DNA of 64,000 bases, taken from positions 224,001 to 288,000 of the forward strand of contig CAWGYD010000001.1 in the NCBI GenBank assembly GCA_963826785.1. The letters run 5' to 3'. Made by a program: the position numbers and the translations under genes. This document shows, piece after piece, positions 1 to 9,350 of this stretch. The DNA comes from an uncultured delta proteobacterium (GTDB lineage: Bacteria; Desulfobacterota; Desulfobacteria; Desulfobacterales; Desulfosalsimonadaceae). The stretch's first letter is position 1. Each line of letters begins with the position of its first letter. Under the pieces are notes generated by a model. The model was not told the origin of the DNA, made no database searches, and worked only from the letters and a program-made list of their open reading frames with translations.

Positions 1-1
1 A

Positions 2-463
2 TCCATCCGGTTTTCCTTTGTCACCTACCAGAACCGGTCTTCCTCGTTTACCCCCCCGGTGGTCATGAAGCCGTTTCAACCCGAGGGCACTTCCCTGGTG
101 ACCACCGACATGGGGGCGGTCCTGTCGGAATCGCTGCACCAGCGGCTGCTCAAGATCATCGCCAAGGAAACCGCCCGGGTTGCCGCCAAAGAAGCCATTT
201 CCCGGCAGATAGACGACCCGCTGGTGGAAGCGATCGTGCGCATCTCGTTTTTGCTGATGGAGGAGCCGGACACCCGCGGGTGGGAGACGCTTCCGGCCTA
301 TTTGAGCATGGTCCGGATACCCCTGCGCCCGGGAAGACAGCGGGTGACCATCGCCAATTTCGACAACACCGTCGAGATCCCGGAAATCGATGTCCGTCCG
401 GGCGGCCGCTATTACTATTATTTTTCCGTCCGGGACGGGTATCCGTCTCCGGTGGTTCCATAG
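2..463 (+). CDS. C-terminal part of a hypothetical protein, probably a COG3014-type lipoprotein (5' end outside the window)
   Basis: Frame is open from the window start. 'EEPDTRGWETLP...RIPLRPG' resembles the ADTRxWxTLP motif of that family. Confidence 0.5.
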   Translation, partial: SIRFSFVTYQNRSSSFTPPVVMKPFQPEGTSLVTTDMGAVLSESLHQRLLKIIAKETARVAAKEAISRQIDDPLVEAIVRISFLLMEEPDTRGWETLPAYLSMVRIPLRPGRQRVTIANFDNTVEIPEIDVRPGGRYYYYFSVRDGYPSPVVP

Positions 464-477
464 GAGGGTGTGATTTC

Positions 478-2931
478 ATGTCCGTAAGACGACCGCTCGG
501 TTTTTTTCTGCTGGCCTGCTTTCTGCTGATCACGGCCCGGCCGGCCCCCATAGCTGCAACTCCCGCCGATATCTTAAAACAGGTGCTGGGGACATCGGAA
601 AAAAATTCACCTTCGGATCAGCCGGCAGACAAAGCTTCGACGGACAAGAAATCCCCGCCGGTAACCGTTTCAGAAAATGCCGGGCGGTCCCTCCACAAGG
701 AAGCCACGGATGTCCGGCAGCAGCTGACCAGCGGGGCCCGGAACCTGTTTGTCCATGAACCCCTGGGCTGGGACACCGACACGCTCAAGTATGTGTACAG
801 GCTGATACTGGTTTCCCCCGCGCTCATTCCCCAGCTGATCAATGAAGTGCTGAAGCAGAGCCAGGTGCTGGGCGTGGCGGGGTCGATCATCATGCTGATT
901 TTTATCATTGCGTTGGTCTACAGCCTGATGGGCCGCCGGCATGTGCTCAACATGGCCGAAGAGCTGGCCAAGCCGCTCACGGACCGGCTCCCCAAGCAAA
1001 TCTATCCCTATATTCTGCTGGCCCTCAGATCGCTTACCGCAGCGCTGATCCCGGTGATTCTCTATTGGCTTTTCCTGTTGATCCGGGGGTTTATTGAATA
1101 TAATGCTCCCTGGTTCCTGCTGATCGGCCAGCTGCTGAAGCTCTGGTTTGTGGCCGCGCTGATCCTGAGCCTGATCAACGGGGCGGAGAGCCTCCAAATT
1201 ATCCGTCCGCGCAGCGACGCCGGCAAAAAAGTATTCACGCGCCTTCGCATCGTGGTGCTGTTCATCCTTTTCTGCATCGGCATTCTATGGGCGGCTGAGA
1301 CCTTCGCCCTGCGCGTGGACCTGATGGCACTGCTCCGGTTCATCATTTCCATCTCCATCGTCATCGTCCTGTTCCTGTTTTTCCTGAACAAGGAGGGGAT
1401 ACTCTCATTTTTACCCGATCTTCCCTATGAAGGGTATCAGAAATTCATCCGGGGGCTGGCCCGGTTTTACTACCCGGTCATCGGGCTCACCTTCCTGACC
1501 GGTATTTTGTGGTCAATCGGATTCAAGCACTTCAGCATGGTGGTCTGGCGCAAAACATGGGCCATCGCCGCCGTCTATGTGGCCGCATCCGTGATCTACC
1601 ACATCGTCATCAACCGGGTCCAGGCATGGTCCGAGCAACTCGACAGTGACAATGACGATGCCCGGCTGTTTATATCGTCTTTAAAAAGCCTGATCCTGTA
1701 TCTTGCCGTGATCATCACGGTCCTGATCATGACCGAACTGCTGGGCGTACTGGGCCCCATCAGGCAGCTGCTGTCTTTTCAGCTGCTCAGGGTGGGCGAA
1801 TCGACCCTGACGCCGTGGATACTGGTAAAAGCCATCCTTTTTGTGGTGGTGTTCGTCTACCTTTCCAAGATGGTGCGCTATTACCTTAATTACAAGGTAT
1901 ATCCTTCTCTGGGGGTGGAACCCGGCCCCGCTTATGCCATCAATACCTTTCTCCATTATTTTCTGCTGATCGCAAGCGTGCTCATCTCCCTTCAGATCGT
2001 CGGCTTCGACCTGCGGGCGCTGCTGGTCTTTGCGGGGGCCGTGGGTATCGGGCTCGGTTTTGCGCTGCAGTCCATGGCGTCCAACATGATCAGCGGATTC
2101 GCCATCATCTTCGGCGGTCAGATCCGTAAGGGGGATTGGGTGGAGGTGGAAGGCAGCGTGGGGGTGGTGACCGATATTTACATCCGGGCCACCAAGGTGC
2201 GGACCCGGGATAATATCGAGTATATCATCCCCAACAACACACTCATGTCGAGTACCATCATCAATTATTCCCTGTCCTCACCCTACATCCGCATTAAACT
2301 CCCTTTCGGCGTCTCCTATTCCGCCGATCCCAAGGTGGTCTCCAATATTGCCCTGGAAACGGCAGAAAACGAGTCTTCCGTCATGGTCTACCGGAAACCG
2401 GAAATCCGCTTTACCGGCTATGGAGACAGTTCCATCGATTTTGAGCTGCTGTTGTGGGTCGATATTCGTAAAACCGCCCGCAAGCTGGTTCGCAGCCGGA
2501 TGTATTTCGCCCTGTTCGATGCGTTCAAAGCGGCTGAAATCGAGATCCCCTTTCCCCAGCGGGACCTCAATATCCGTACCGGGATCCCCTGGGACCGGTT
2601 CACGGGGCAGATGCAATCACCGGAGGCCAAAGCGCCCCCCGATTTTCCGGATCGGCACGAAATGCCGGATCAATCGGATGAATCGGACCTGGAAGAGCTG
2701 GCCGAAGCGGTCAAGTCGGGAAAACGGATTTATGAAACCGGGCTGGGGCCGGCCATGGAAGAAGATGAAAAAGGCGAAAAACCTGAAAAGTCTGCATCCA
2801 GGGAGCTGCACCAGATGCCGGATCAATCCAATCATTCCGACCTGGAGCAGGTGGCGGAAGAAGTCAAGAAAGCGCCAAAGTCCTATACCGCCGCAGAAGA
2901 GGAATTCGGCGGCCCCAAACGGGAGAAGTAA
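478..2931 (+). CDS. Large MscS-family mechanosensitive channel (MscK-like, many transmembrane helices)
   Basis: AGGAGG at 462-467 precedes ATG 478. Signal peptide and many hydrophobic segments. MscS motifs GAVGIGLGFALQ, NMISGFAI, GDWVEVEG and IEIPFPQRDL. Confidence 0.9.
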   Translation: MSVRRPLGFFLLACFLLITARPAPIAATPADILKQVLGTSEKNSPSDQPADKASTDKKSPPVTVSENAGRSLHKEATDVRQQLTSGARNLFVHEPLGWDTDTLKYVYRLILVSPALIPQLINEVLKQSQVLGVAGSIIMLIFIIALVYSLMGRRHVLNMAEELAKPLTDRLPKQIYPYILLALRSLTAALIPVILYWLFLLIRGFIEYNAPWFLLIGQLLKLWFVAALILSLINGAESLQIIRPRSDAGKKVFTRLRIVVLFILFCIGILWAAETFALRVDLMALLRFIISISIVIVLFLFFLNKEGILSFLPDLPYEGYQKFIRGLARFYYPVIGLTFLTGILWSIGFKHFSMVVWRKTWAIAAVYVAASVIYHIVINRVQAWSEQLDSDNDDARLFISSLKSLILYLAVIITVLIMTELLGVLGPIRQLLSFQLLRVGESTLTPWILVKAILFVVVFVYLSKMVRYYLNYKVYPSLGVEPGPAYAINTFLHYFLLIASVLISLQIVGFDLRALLVFAGAVGIGLGFALQSMASNMISGFAIIFGGQIRKGDWVEVEGSVGVVTDIYIRATKVRTRDNIEYIIPNNTLMSSTIINYSLSSPYIRIKLPFGVSYSADPKVVSNIALETAENESSVMVYRKPEIRFTGYGDSSIDFELLLWVDIRKTARKLVRSRMYFALFDAFKAAEIEIPFPQRDLNIRTGIPWDRFTGQMQSPEAKAPPDFPDRHEMPDQSDESDLEELAEAVKSGKRIYETGLGPAMEEDEKGEKPEKSASRELHQMPDQSNHSDLEQVAEEVKKAPKSYTAAEEEFGGPKREK

Positions 2932-2939
2932 GACTCAGG

Positions 2940-3695
2940 TCAGGCCAGGTGCGCAATCCGTTTCCAGTCCAGGCCCAGAAGTCCGGCGGATTCCCGGTCC
3001 ACCGCCTTTGCATCGTATCCGGCAATCAGTTTGTTCACCGGCGGGTCGCAGGTGCGGCCGCCCAGGTGAAAATCGGGCATGCCGATGCTGGCGTCCATCA
3101 GGGTCAGATCCGGGGTCCGGTATTGGTTGAGATCGACGATGGCCTGATGGATGCGGTCGTGAAAGACGGCCTTTTTCCAGATACCGCCCCCGCCGGCATA
3201 ATACCGGGCAGGAGCGATTCCGATCATGTTCTTCATGGAGCCGGTGATGGCGGAAAATGAATGGGCCTTTAGCACCGGAAGCGATATCAGGTAGGAATCG
3301 AAAGCGATTTCCGGCAGGGTCATTTCCGGAAATCGGCTGCAGCCCGCTTTTCTGATAGTTGTGACCGGCACATCATCGAGGTCCACCAGCTTTACACCCA
3401 GTTGCCGTGCCATTTCCGAATATCCCAGCTGATCAAACACTGCCCGGGCGGTCAGCGAGGGATCACCGATGCCTTCGGCAATGACAATTTCCGGTGATCC
3501 CCCGGCCGCGCGGATGTATTCGATCACCGCACGGCAGCAGTCCGGGTGGGTGGTGACCGGATGTGCAGCCGCGGTGATCAGGTTGGGCTTGATCAGGATC
3601 CGTTTCTGCCGGGAAAGCATTTTTCCCGCACAAATCCGGTCAAACGCCATCCCCACAGACTCCGCGTAGGCGGTAAAGGAAACGGTGACCGCCAT
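2940..3695 (-). CDS. DUF362 domain protein
   Basis: Motifs ILIKPNL, TTHPD, LPVLKAH, ITGSMKNMIG and AVDRE. Confidence 0.85.
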   Translation of the reverse strand: MAVTVSFTAYAESVGMAFDRICAGKMLSRQKRILIKPNLITAAAHPVTTHPDCCRAVIEYIRAAGGSPEIVIAEGIGDPSLTARAVFDQLGYSEMARQLGVKLVDLDDVPVTTIRKAGCSRFPEMTLPEIAFDSYLISLPVLKAHSFSAITGSMKNMIGIAPARYYAGGGGIWKKAVFHDRIHQAIVDLNQYRTPDLTLMDASIGMPDFHLGGRTCDPPVNKLIAGYDAKAVDRESAGLLGLDWKRIAHLA

Positions 3696-3698
3696 GGG

Positions 3699-6698
3699 CT
3701 AATTAACGGTTTCGGCCTGGGCTGCCGGTTCGGTTTCAGCCGGGGGCGCAGCCGAATTTGCGGTTTGTTCTTCCGGAATGATCCGGATGGTGGCGGCCGC
3801 AGCATTGTTTAAGTAGACCTTGGCCATCTTTCCCAGTTCATCGGCATTGATGGAAGCATAATCCGACAGAAATGTTCGTGCCCAGTCAAACCGCTCGGGA
3901 TGATCCCCCGACCCTTTCAATACGCTGTCCAGCCAATAGCCGTTGGTCTTGATCCGCTCCCGGATGCCTTCCACAATGGGTTTTAATGCCCGCTGCAGTT
4001 CCTCTTGCGTCACCCCGGTCTGTGCCAGGTCGGCGGCGATTTCCCGGATGGCGGCGATCACCTCGTCGGCCCGGTCCGGATTGATCTGGGCCAGGGCGTG
4101 ATACACCCCATATCCCGGATAAGCCAGGCTGGGATCATTGTATGCCTCATAGGAATAGGCCGCCCCCATTTTCTCCCGGATGCGGATGCGCATCCGGTCG
4201 GACATGACGGAAGAGAGAACCGACAGCCGCCGGGTGGTGGAAATGTTCCAGAAGTCGTCCGTCGGATAGGTCACATCCACGATTCCCTTGTAGATCTTTG
4301 TGGGCACCCGCACGTTGAGCTTCTCCGTTTCGGGGAAATTCGGCATCCGCACGGTGTGGGCGGTGATTTTGCCGCTGCGCGCGGGAAGGGTGCCGAAATA
4401 GGTGGTGGCAAGATCGATGACCCGCTGCACGTCGATATCCCCCACGATGGAGAGTTCCAGCGGCGCGCTTTCAATGGCCGGCGTAAGCCAGTCGCGGATG
4501 TCGGAAAGTGAATTCTTCCGGAAGGTTTTAAAATCGGGCAGACCGAACCGCGGGTCACCCCCGGCCAGGAAGCGCGCCCCCTCAAATACCATCCCGCCGT
4601 AAATTTCATGCATCAGCGATTCATACTTCTGGGCGAACTGCTTCATCGACAGGGAATAGGCATCCGAGCGGAATGCAGGATCCTGCATATGCGCATACAG
4701 CAGATCAAACAAAAGCCCAATCTCATCGGGGATGGTGTTCCCGGTAAAAACGAACTTGTTTTCCTCCACCTTGAAGAAGGTGTAGGTGTTCTTGCCGGCC
4801 AGTGCCCGTTTCAGCTCGTCACGGGTCAGCTTCCCCAGTCCGCTCAGGTTGACCACACTGGCGCTCAATTCGGACAGCCCCGGTTTATCCAGCGGTTCTG
4901 ATGCCTGTCCACCGCCGAAGGCCAGGGCGGCCACCACCTGGTTGGCCTTGAAATCGGTTTTTTTAACGTTCAGGCGCACTCCGTTGCCGAATTCCACCAC
5001 CGTGATCCCCAGGTCCTCGACCCGTTCAATGCGGGGGGCGACGGTCGGGGTTTTGGGAACGGCAAGATACGGGAATTTAATATTGCCCCGCTCTTCGGGC
5101 TTGGCCACCTCTGTTTCCTGACTTTGTTTGAAGGCCGAAAGGATCTGCTGCTCCGGGGCTGGCGACTCTTTTCTGAGGTCCGCGTTTCCGGTGACCAGAA
5201 CCAGGCGCTGGTCCATTTTCCAGTAATCCATCAGGGCCTGGTGCAACGCTTCTGCCGTGGCGGTTTGCACGATGGGGAGCAAAAGCTTTTTTTCCTGCTC
5301 CGGGGATTGAAAAACCCGTATCTGGTTGAGGCCATTCATGATCTCGCGTGCCAGCTGGCGGCTTTCCCGGGTGGGAGCGGTCAGTACCGCCTTTTCCAGC
5401 GAGGCGACGAAATCCTTTTTGACCTCCGCCAGTTCGGATTCGGTGAATCCGTATTGAATGGCGCTTCTGATTTCCCGGTCGATGGCCCCCATGGCGGCCT
5501 TCCAGTTTTCCGGGGCGCAGTCCGCACTGATATCCGATGACAGGACGTATCCCAGATAGTTTCCGGAGCTGATATTGGCATCACTGAACGGGGTTTCGGG
5601 CTTGTCCAGCATTTCCTCCAACCGGTTGTTGATGATCCGGTTGGCCATAGCGCTATACAGGTTGGTTTTTTCAAGCGTTTTTGAATCCGGCGGGATCACC
5701 TTCTTGGTGATCACTTCGATGACCACCGAGGTGTTCCCGGCTTCGGGTTCATAATGATAAAATGACTGCGTGCCCTCGTGATGGATGGAGCCGGGGTCGT
5801 TATACGGCGAAAGGGGGGCGCGGGCTTTGATATCGGAGAAGCGCTCCCTGATCATGGAAACCGCCTTTTGGGGGTCAAAATCGCCCACCATGACGATCAC
5901 CATCCGTTCCGGACGATACCAGGTGTCATAGAAGGACTTGAGAAGAGGCCGGTCCGCCTTGGCCAGCACCTCCTCCGTTCCGATGGGGAGCCGGCTGGAA
6001 AGCAGCGCGTTGGGCATCTCAAAATTAAACACGGCTTCAAACGTCCGGTAATCCACCGAATCCCGGGTCCGCTTCTCCGCCAGCACGATGGGGCGCTCCT
6101 TTTCCACCTCTTTTTCAAGGATCAATGCGCCGGCGGCATAATCATGCAGAACCAGCATCCCTTTCGCCAGGCTGTCCGGATCGCCGGAGGGGAGATCGAT
6201 ATCATAGACGGTCTTGTAAAACCCGGTGCTGGCATTGGCATCGGCGCCGAACTGCATGCCGATGCTCTGGAAGTACTTGACCAGTTCCCCCGGCTTGAAA
6301 TGCTCGGAGCCGTTAAACAGCATGTGCTCCAGGTAATGCGCCAGCCCCCGCTGCTCATCGGTTTCATGCATGGAGCCGGCCTGGACGTACAGGTGCATGC
6401 TCACCCGGTTTTCCGGTTTTTTGTTTTTCATCACCACGTAGCGGAATCCGTTGTCCAGGGAGCCGTAAATGGCGTTGGGGTCCGGAGGAAGTTCACTGAG
6501 AAGGTGGGGCCATTTTTTCGAAGGATCGAAGATGGCGACTTTGTCCGGGATTTCATGTGCCGGGGATGCCGGCTGCACCTGCATCCGGGCGGTGCCGGAG
6601 CTCTGGGCAGCCGCTGCGCTGGGCAGTCGACTCTGGCCGCCGGGCAGCACCAGTGCTGCAATTAGAAGATATGCAAAAACGCGTATCGGTTTCTTCAT
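3699..6698 (-). CDS. Secreted M16 family zinc peptidase (PqqL/pitrilysin-like)
   Basis: Signal peptide, inverted zinc motif GLAHYLEHMLFNGS, ANAST. 999 aa with a two-half architecture. Confidence 0.92.
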   Translation of the reverse strand: MKKPIRVFAYLLIAALVLPGGQSRLPSAAAAQSSGTARMQVQPASPAHEIPDKVAIFDPSKKWPHLLSELPPDPNAIYGSLDNGFRYVVMKNKKPENRVSMHLYVQAGSMHETDEQRGLAHYLEHMLFNGSEHFKPGELVKYFQSIGMQFGADANASTGFYKTVYDIDLPSGDPDSLAKGMLVLHDYAAGALILEKEVEKERPIVLAEKRTRDSVDYRTFEAVFNFEMPNALLSSRLPIGTEEVLAKADRPLLKSFYDTWYRPERMVIVMVGDFDPQKAVSMIRERFSDIKARAPLSPYNDPGSIHHEGTQSFYHYEPEAGNTSVVIEVITKKVIPPDSKTLEKTNLYSAMANRIINNRLEEMLDKPETPFSDANISSGNYLGYVLSSDISADCAPENWKAAMGAIDREIRSAIQYGFTESELAEVKKDFVASLEKAVLTAPTRESRQLAREIMNGLNQIRVFQSPEQEKKLLLPIVQTATAEALHQALMDYWKMDQRLVLVTGNADLRKESPAPEQQILSAFKQSQETEVAKPEERGNIKFPYLAVPKTPTVAPRIERVEDLGITVVEFGNGVRLNVKKTDFKANQVVAALAFGGGQASEPLDKPGLSELSASVVNLSGLGKLTRDELKRALAGKNTYTFFKVEENKFVFTGNTIPDEIGLLFDLLYAHMQDPAFRSDAYSLSMKQFAQKYESLMHEIYGGMVFEGARFLAGGDPRFGLPDFKTFRKNSLSDIRDWLTPAIESAPLELSIVGDIDVQRVIDLATTYFGTLPARSGKITAHTVRMPNFPETEKLNVRVPTKIYKGIVDVTYPTDDFWNISTTRRLSVLSSVMSDRMRIRIREKMGAAYSYEAYNDPSLAYPGYGVYHALAQINPDRADEVIAAIREIAADLAQTGVTQEELQRALKPIVEGIRERIKTNGYWLDSVLKGSGDHPERFDWARTFLSDYASINADELGKMAKVYLNNAAAATIRIIPEEQTANSAAPPAETEPAAQAETVN

Positions 6699-6914
6699 CT
6701 GATCTTATTCCTGTATTCAAAATTGAAGTTGTAACGTCAGCCTTTTGGTATTCGGTATACCATAGTCACAGAAATTGGCAAGTTCAACCCGGCCCGGAAG
6801 CGGGGGGCTTTTTCCGGATTTTGCCTTGATGTTAACCTTGCCCTGTGCTATGACCCGATCAAATTTGCCCGGGCCGCATCAAGACGTCAATATGGAACGA
6901 AATACGGCAGAAAC

Positions 6915-8144
6915 ATGAGTATCGAACTGATCATTTTAATCTTGGGATTCGTCATCGGGTTTTACATGGCCTGGAATATCGGCGCCAATGATGTGGCCAA
7001 TTCCATGGCATCTGCGGTGGGCGCCAAGGCCATCACCCTCAGGCAGGCCGTTTTGATCGCCGGCATTTTAAACATCGTGGGGGCGGCCTTCATCGGGTCC
7101 CACGTGACCGACACCATCCGCAAGGGCATCATCTCCACCCAGGTGCTGGACAATCCGGACGTCATGCTGATCGGCGCCCTGGCTGCGCTGCTTTCCGCAT
7201 CCCTGTGGATTTCGTTTGCCACCTGGCGGTCGCTGCCGGTTTCCACCACCCATTCCATCGTCGGGGCCATGGTGGGGTTCGGGTTGATGGTGGGCGGTTT
7301 TTCCGTGATCAACTGGGCTAAACTGGGGGCGGTGGTGTTGAGCTGGATCATCTCCCCGATCTTTGCCCTTGCGCTCTCTTATCTCATGTTCAAGATCATC
7401 GTCTGGTCCATCCTGTCTCGAAACAACACCTATCAGGCCGCCATCCGTTTAAGTCCCCTGTTCATCGCCCTTGCCGTATTCGTTGTGATCATGTCGTTTT
7501 TGTTCAAAACGCCCCTGGGCGTGAGTCTGGCCCTGGGCACCGGGGCGGCATCGGCGGTCTCTCTCGTTTTGGCTTTTGCGGTGGGGTGGATCGGCAAGAT
7601 GTTGATTCACCGCTACCTGGGGCATGATCCGGAAAGCGCGGCCGAGGACATTTTCCGCCGCATTCAGATCGGGACCTCCTGCTACGTGGCCCTGGCACAG
7701 GGCGCCAATGATGTCGCCAATGCCATCGGGCCGCTGGCCATGATCTATTTTCTGGTGAAAACCGGTCATGCCGGCGTCACCGTGCCGGTTCCGTTTTTTC
7801 TGCTTCTGTTCGGCGGGGTGGGCATTGCCTTAGGAATTGCCATGGGCGGCGCCCGGGTCATTCGAACCGTGGGGGAGCGGATCACCACCTTGAGCAACAC
7901 CCGCGGCTTTTCCGTTGATTTTGCGGCCGCCACCACCGTACTGATCGCCTCCAAATTGGGACTGCCGGTCTCCACCACCCATGCGGCCGTGGGCGGTGTA
8001 ATGGGCGTCGGTCTGGCCAAGGGGCTCGAGGCGGTAAATTTCGGAATTATTTTTCAGATCGTGTTATACTGGATTTTGACCGTCCCCATGGCGGCCCTGA
8101 CCTGCATGGTCATATTCAAAATTCTCAAATTGATCTTGATGTAA
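6915..8144 (+). CDS. PiT family inorganic phosphate transporter
   Basis: Two GANDVAN signatures and two PVSTTH motifs. Confidence 0.95.
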   Translation: MSIELIILILGFVIGFYMAWNIGANDVANSMASAVGAKAITLRQAVLIAGILNIVGAAFIGSHVTDTIRKGIISTQVLDNPDVMLIGALAALLSASLWISFATWRSLPVSTTHSIVGAMVGFGLMVGGFSVINWAKLGAVVLSWIISPIFALALSYLMFKIIVWSILSRNNTYQAAIRLSPLFIALAVFVVIMSFLFKTPLGVSLALGTGAASAVSLVLAFAVGWIGKMLIHRYLGHDPESAAEDIFRRIQIGTSCYVALAQGANDVANAIGPLAMIYFLVKTGHAGVTVPVPFFLLLFGGVGIALGIAMGGARVIRTVGERITTLSNTRGFSVDFAAATTVLIASKLGLPVSTTHAAVGGVMGVGLAKGLEAVNFGIIFQIVLYWILTVPMAALTCMVIFKILKLILM

Positions 8145-8157
8145 AAGGAGGCGGTGC

Positions 8158-8826
8158 ATGCGCATACCATTTTTATATATGTTTATGTCTTCCCCGTTTG
8201 ATGCCCTGCAGGAGCACGCGGAGAAGGTGAAGGAGTGTTCATGGGCATTTCAGCAGGCCATCGAATGCTACTCTTCCAAAAGATGCGAAACATTTGAGGA
8301 GCACCGCCAGGAGGTCATCCGGTTCGAGCATGAGGCCGATGCCATCAAGCGCCGGATCCGGGGGCACCTGCCCAAGGGCGTGATGATGCCGGTGGAGAAA
8401 TTCCAGTTGTTCCGGTACCTGCGGGAGCAGGACAGTGTGCTGGATTCCGTGCAGGAAGCCGTGAACTGGCTGTCCTACCGGCCGGTGGCGGAAATCCCGG
8501 ATTACATGGAGAAGGACCTGTTTCTGCTGGTGGATGCGGTCATCGAACCCATTGAGGAATTGACACTGATGGTCATGGAGGCCCGGATCTATTTCAAGAA
8601 TTTCTCAGAGCGGCAGCGGCGCAAGGTCAAGGAAATCATCAAGAACATCCGCCAGATGGAGCACGAGGCCGACCAGCGGGAATACGCCCTGATTCACAAG
8701 ATTTTCAGCAATGAAACCAACCCCGTGGTGGTGTTTCACCACAGTAAGCTCGCTGAAATTATTGGAAATATCGCTGACCATGCGGAAAATACCGCAGACA
8801 TGATGCGGGCCATGATGGCCCGATAG
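8158..8826 (+). CDS. DUF47/TIGR00153 phosphate transport regulator (PhoU-like)
   Basis: Duplicated EHEAD motifs. AGGAGG RBS. Lies directly downstream of the PiT gene. Confidence 0.9.
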   Translation: MRIPFLYMFMSSPFDALQEHAEKVKECSWAFQQAIECYSSKRCETFEEHRQEVIRFEHEADAIKRRIRGHLPKGVMMPVEKFQLFRYLREQDSVLDSVQEAVNWLSYRPVAEIPDYMEKDLFLLVDAVIEPIEELTLMVMEARIYFKNFSERQRRKVKEIIKNIRQMEHEADQREYALIHKIFSNETNPVVVFHHSKLAEIIGNIADHAENTADMMRAMMAR

Positions 8827-8835
8827 GGCAGGGCA

Positions 8836-9111
8836 CTACTTGAGGAATGCCCACTTGATATAGAGGAAAAAGACACCCCAGGAAATAATGCATACGATGT
8901 AGGAAATCCAGTCGGGCCTTTTTCTGGCCCTGCCGTGTCGATCCGCCCGGGTGACTTTCGTATGGCAGGAGAAACATTGCGTCGCATCCAGGGGCAGGTT
9001 GATGAAACATTCCGGGCATCGCTTGACGAGGATGTCCTCTCTTTCCCCCTTTTGCTGCTTTTGCTGCCTACCTTCTCTTCTTGTCTTCTTTGCGCTTTCC
9101 AGAAATCCCAT
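8836..9111 (-). CDS. Small zinc-ribbon protein with a C-terminal transmembrane helix (start uncertain)
   Basis: CPEC-x10-CFSC followed by the hydrophobic tail WISYIVCIISWGVFFLYIKW. Confidence 0.6.
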   Translation of the reverse strand: MGFLESAKKTRREGRQQKQQKGEREDILVKRCPECFINLPLDATQCFSCHTKVTRADRHGRARKRPDWISYIVCIISWGVFFLYIKWAFLK

Positions 9112-9210
9112 TGCGGAAATGATCCTGTTTACGGATGAATTCCAAACTGCATCTCCTCTCGGATGCAAATCCGGATAAGCAATATGGCCTGTTTCATGTT
9201 TTAGAGGTTT

Positions 9211-9265
9211 GCGTCCTTTGGCGGGGGAGGCGATAGCCGCTTCCCGCCAAAGGACGCTTTATTTA
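9211..9265. terminator. Strong stem-loop, probable intrinsic terminator
   Basis: GCGTCCTTTGGCGGG...CCCGCCAAAGGACGC forms a perfect 15-bp stem, followed by TTTATTTA on the plus strand. Confidence 0.65.
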
Positions 9266-9350
9266 TGGGTGGAATTTCTGACCGAAAGTTGCCTTGCCTT
9301 TCAATCAGCGCCTCAAGATATGTGCTTTTCGGGTGGGCATGGCATGTTGA

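Noticed and set aside
8955..9025. CFSCH motif in the small ORF suggesting a c-type cytochrome
   Set aside because: It is the second half of a CPEC...CFSC zinc ribbon, and the protein has no N-terminal export signal.
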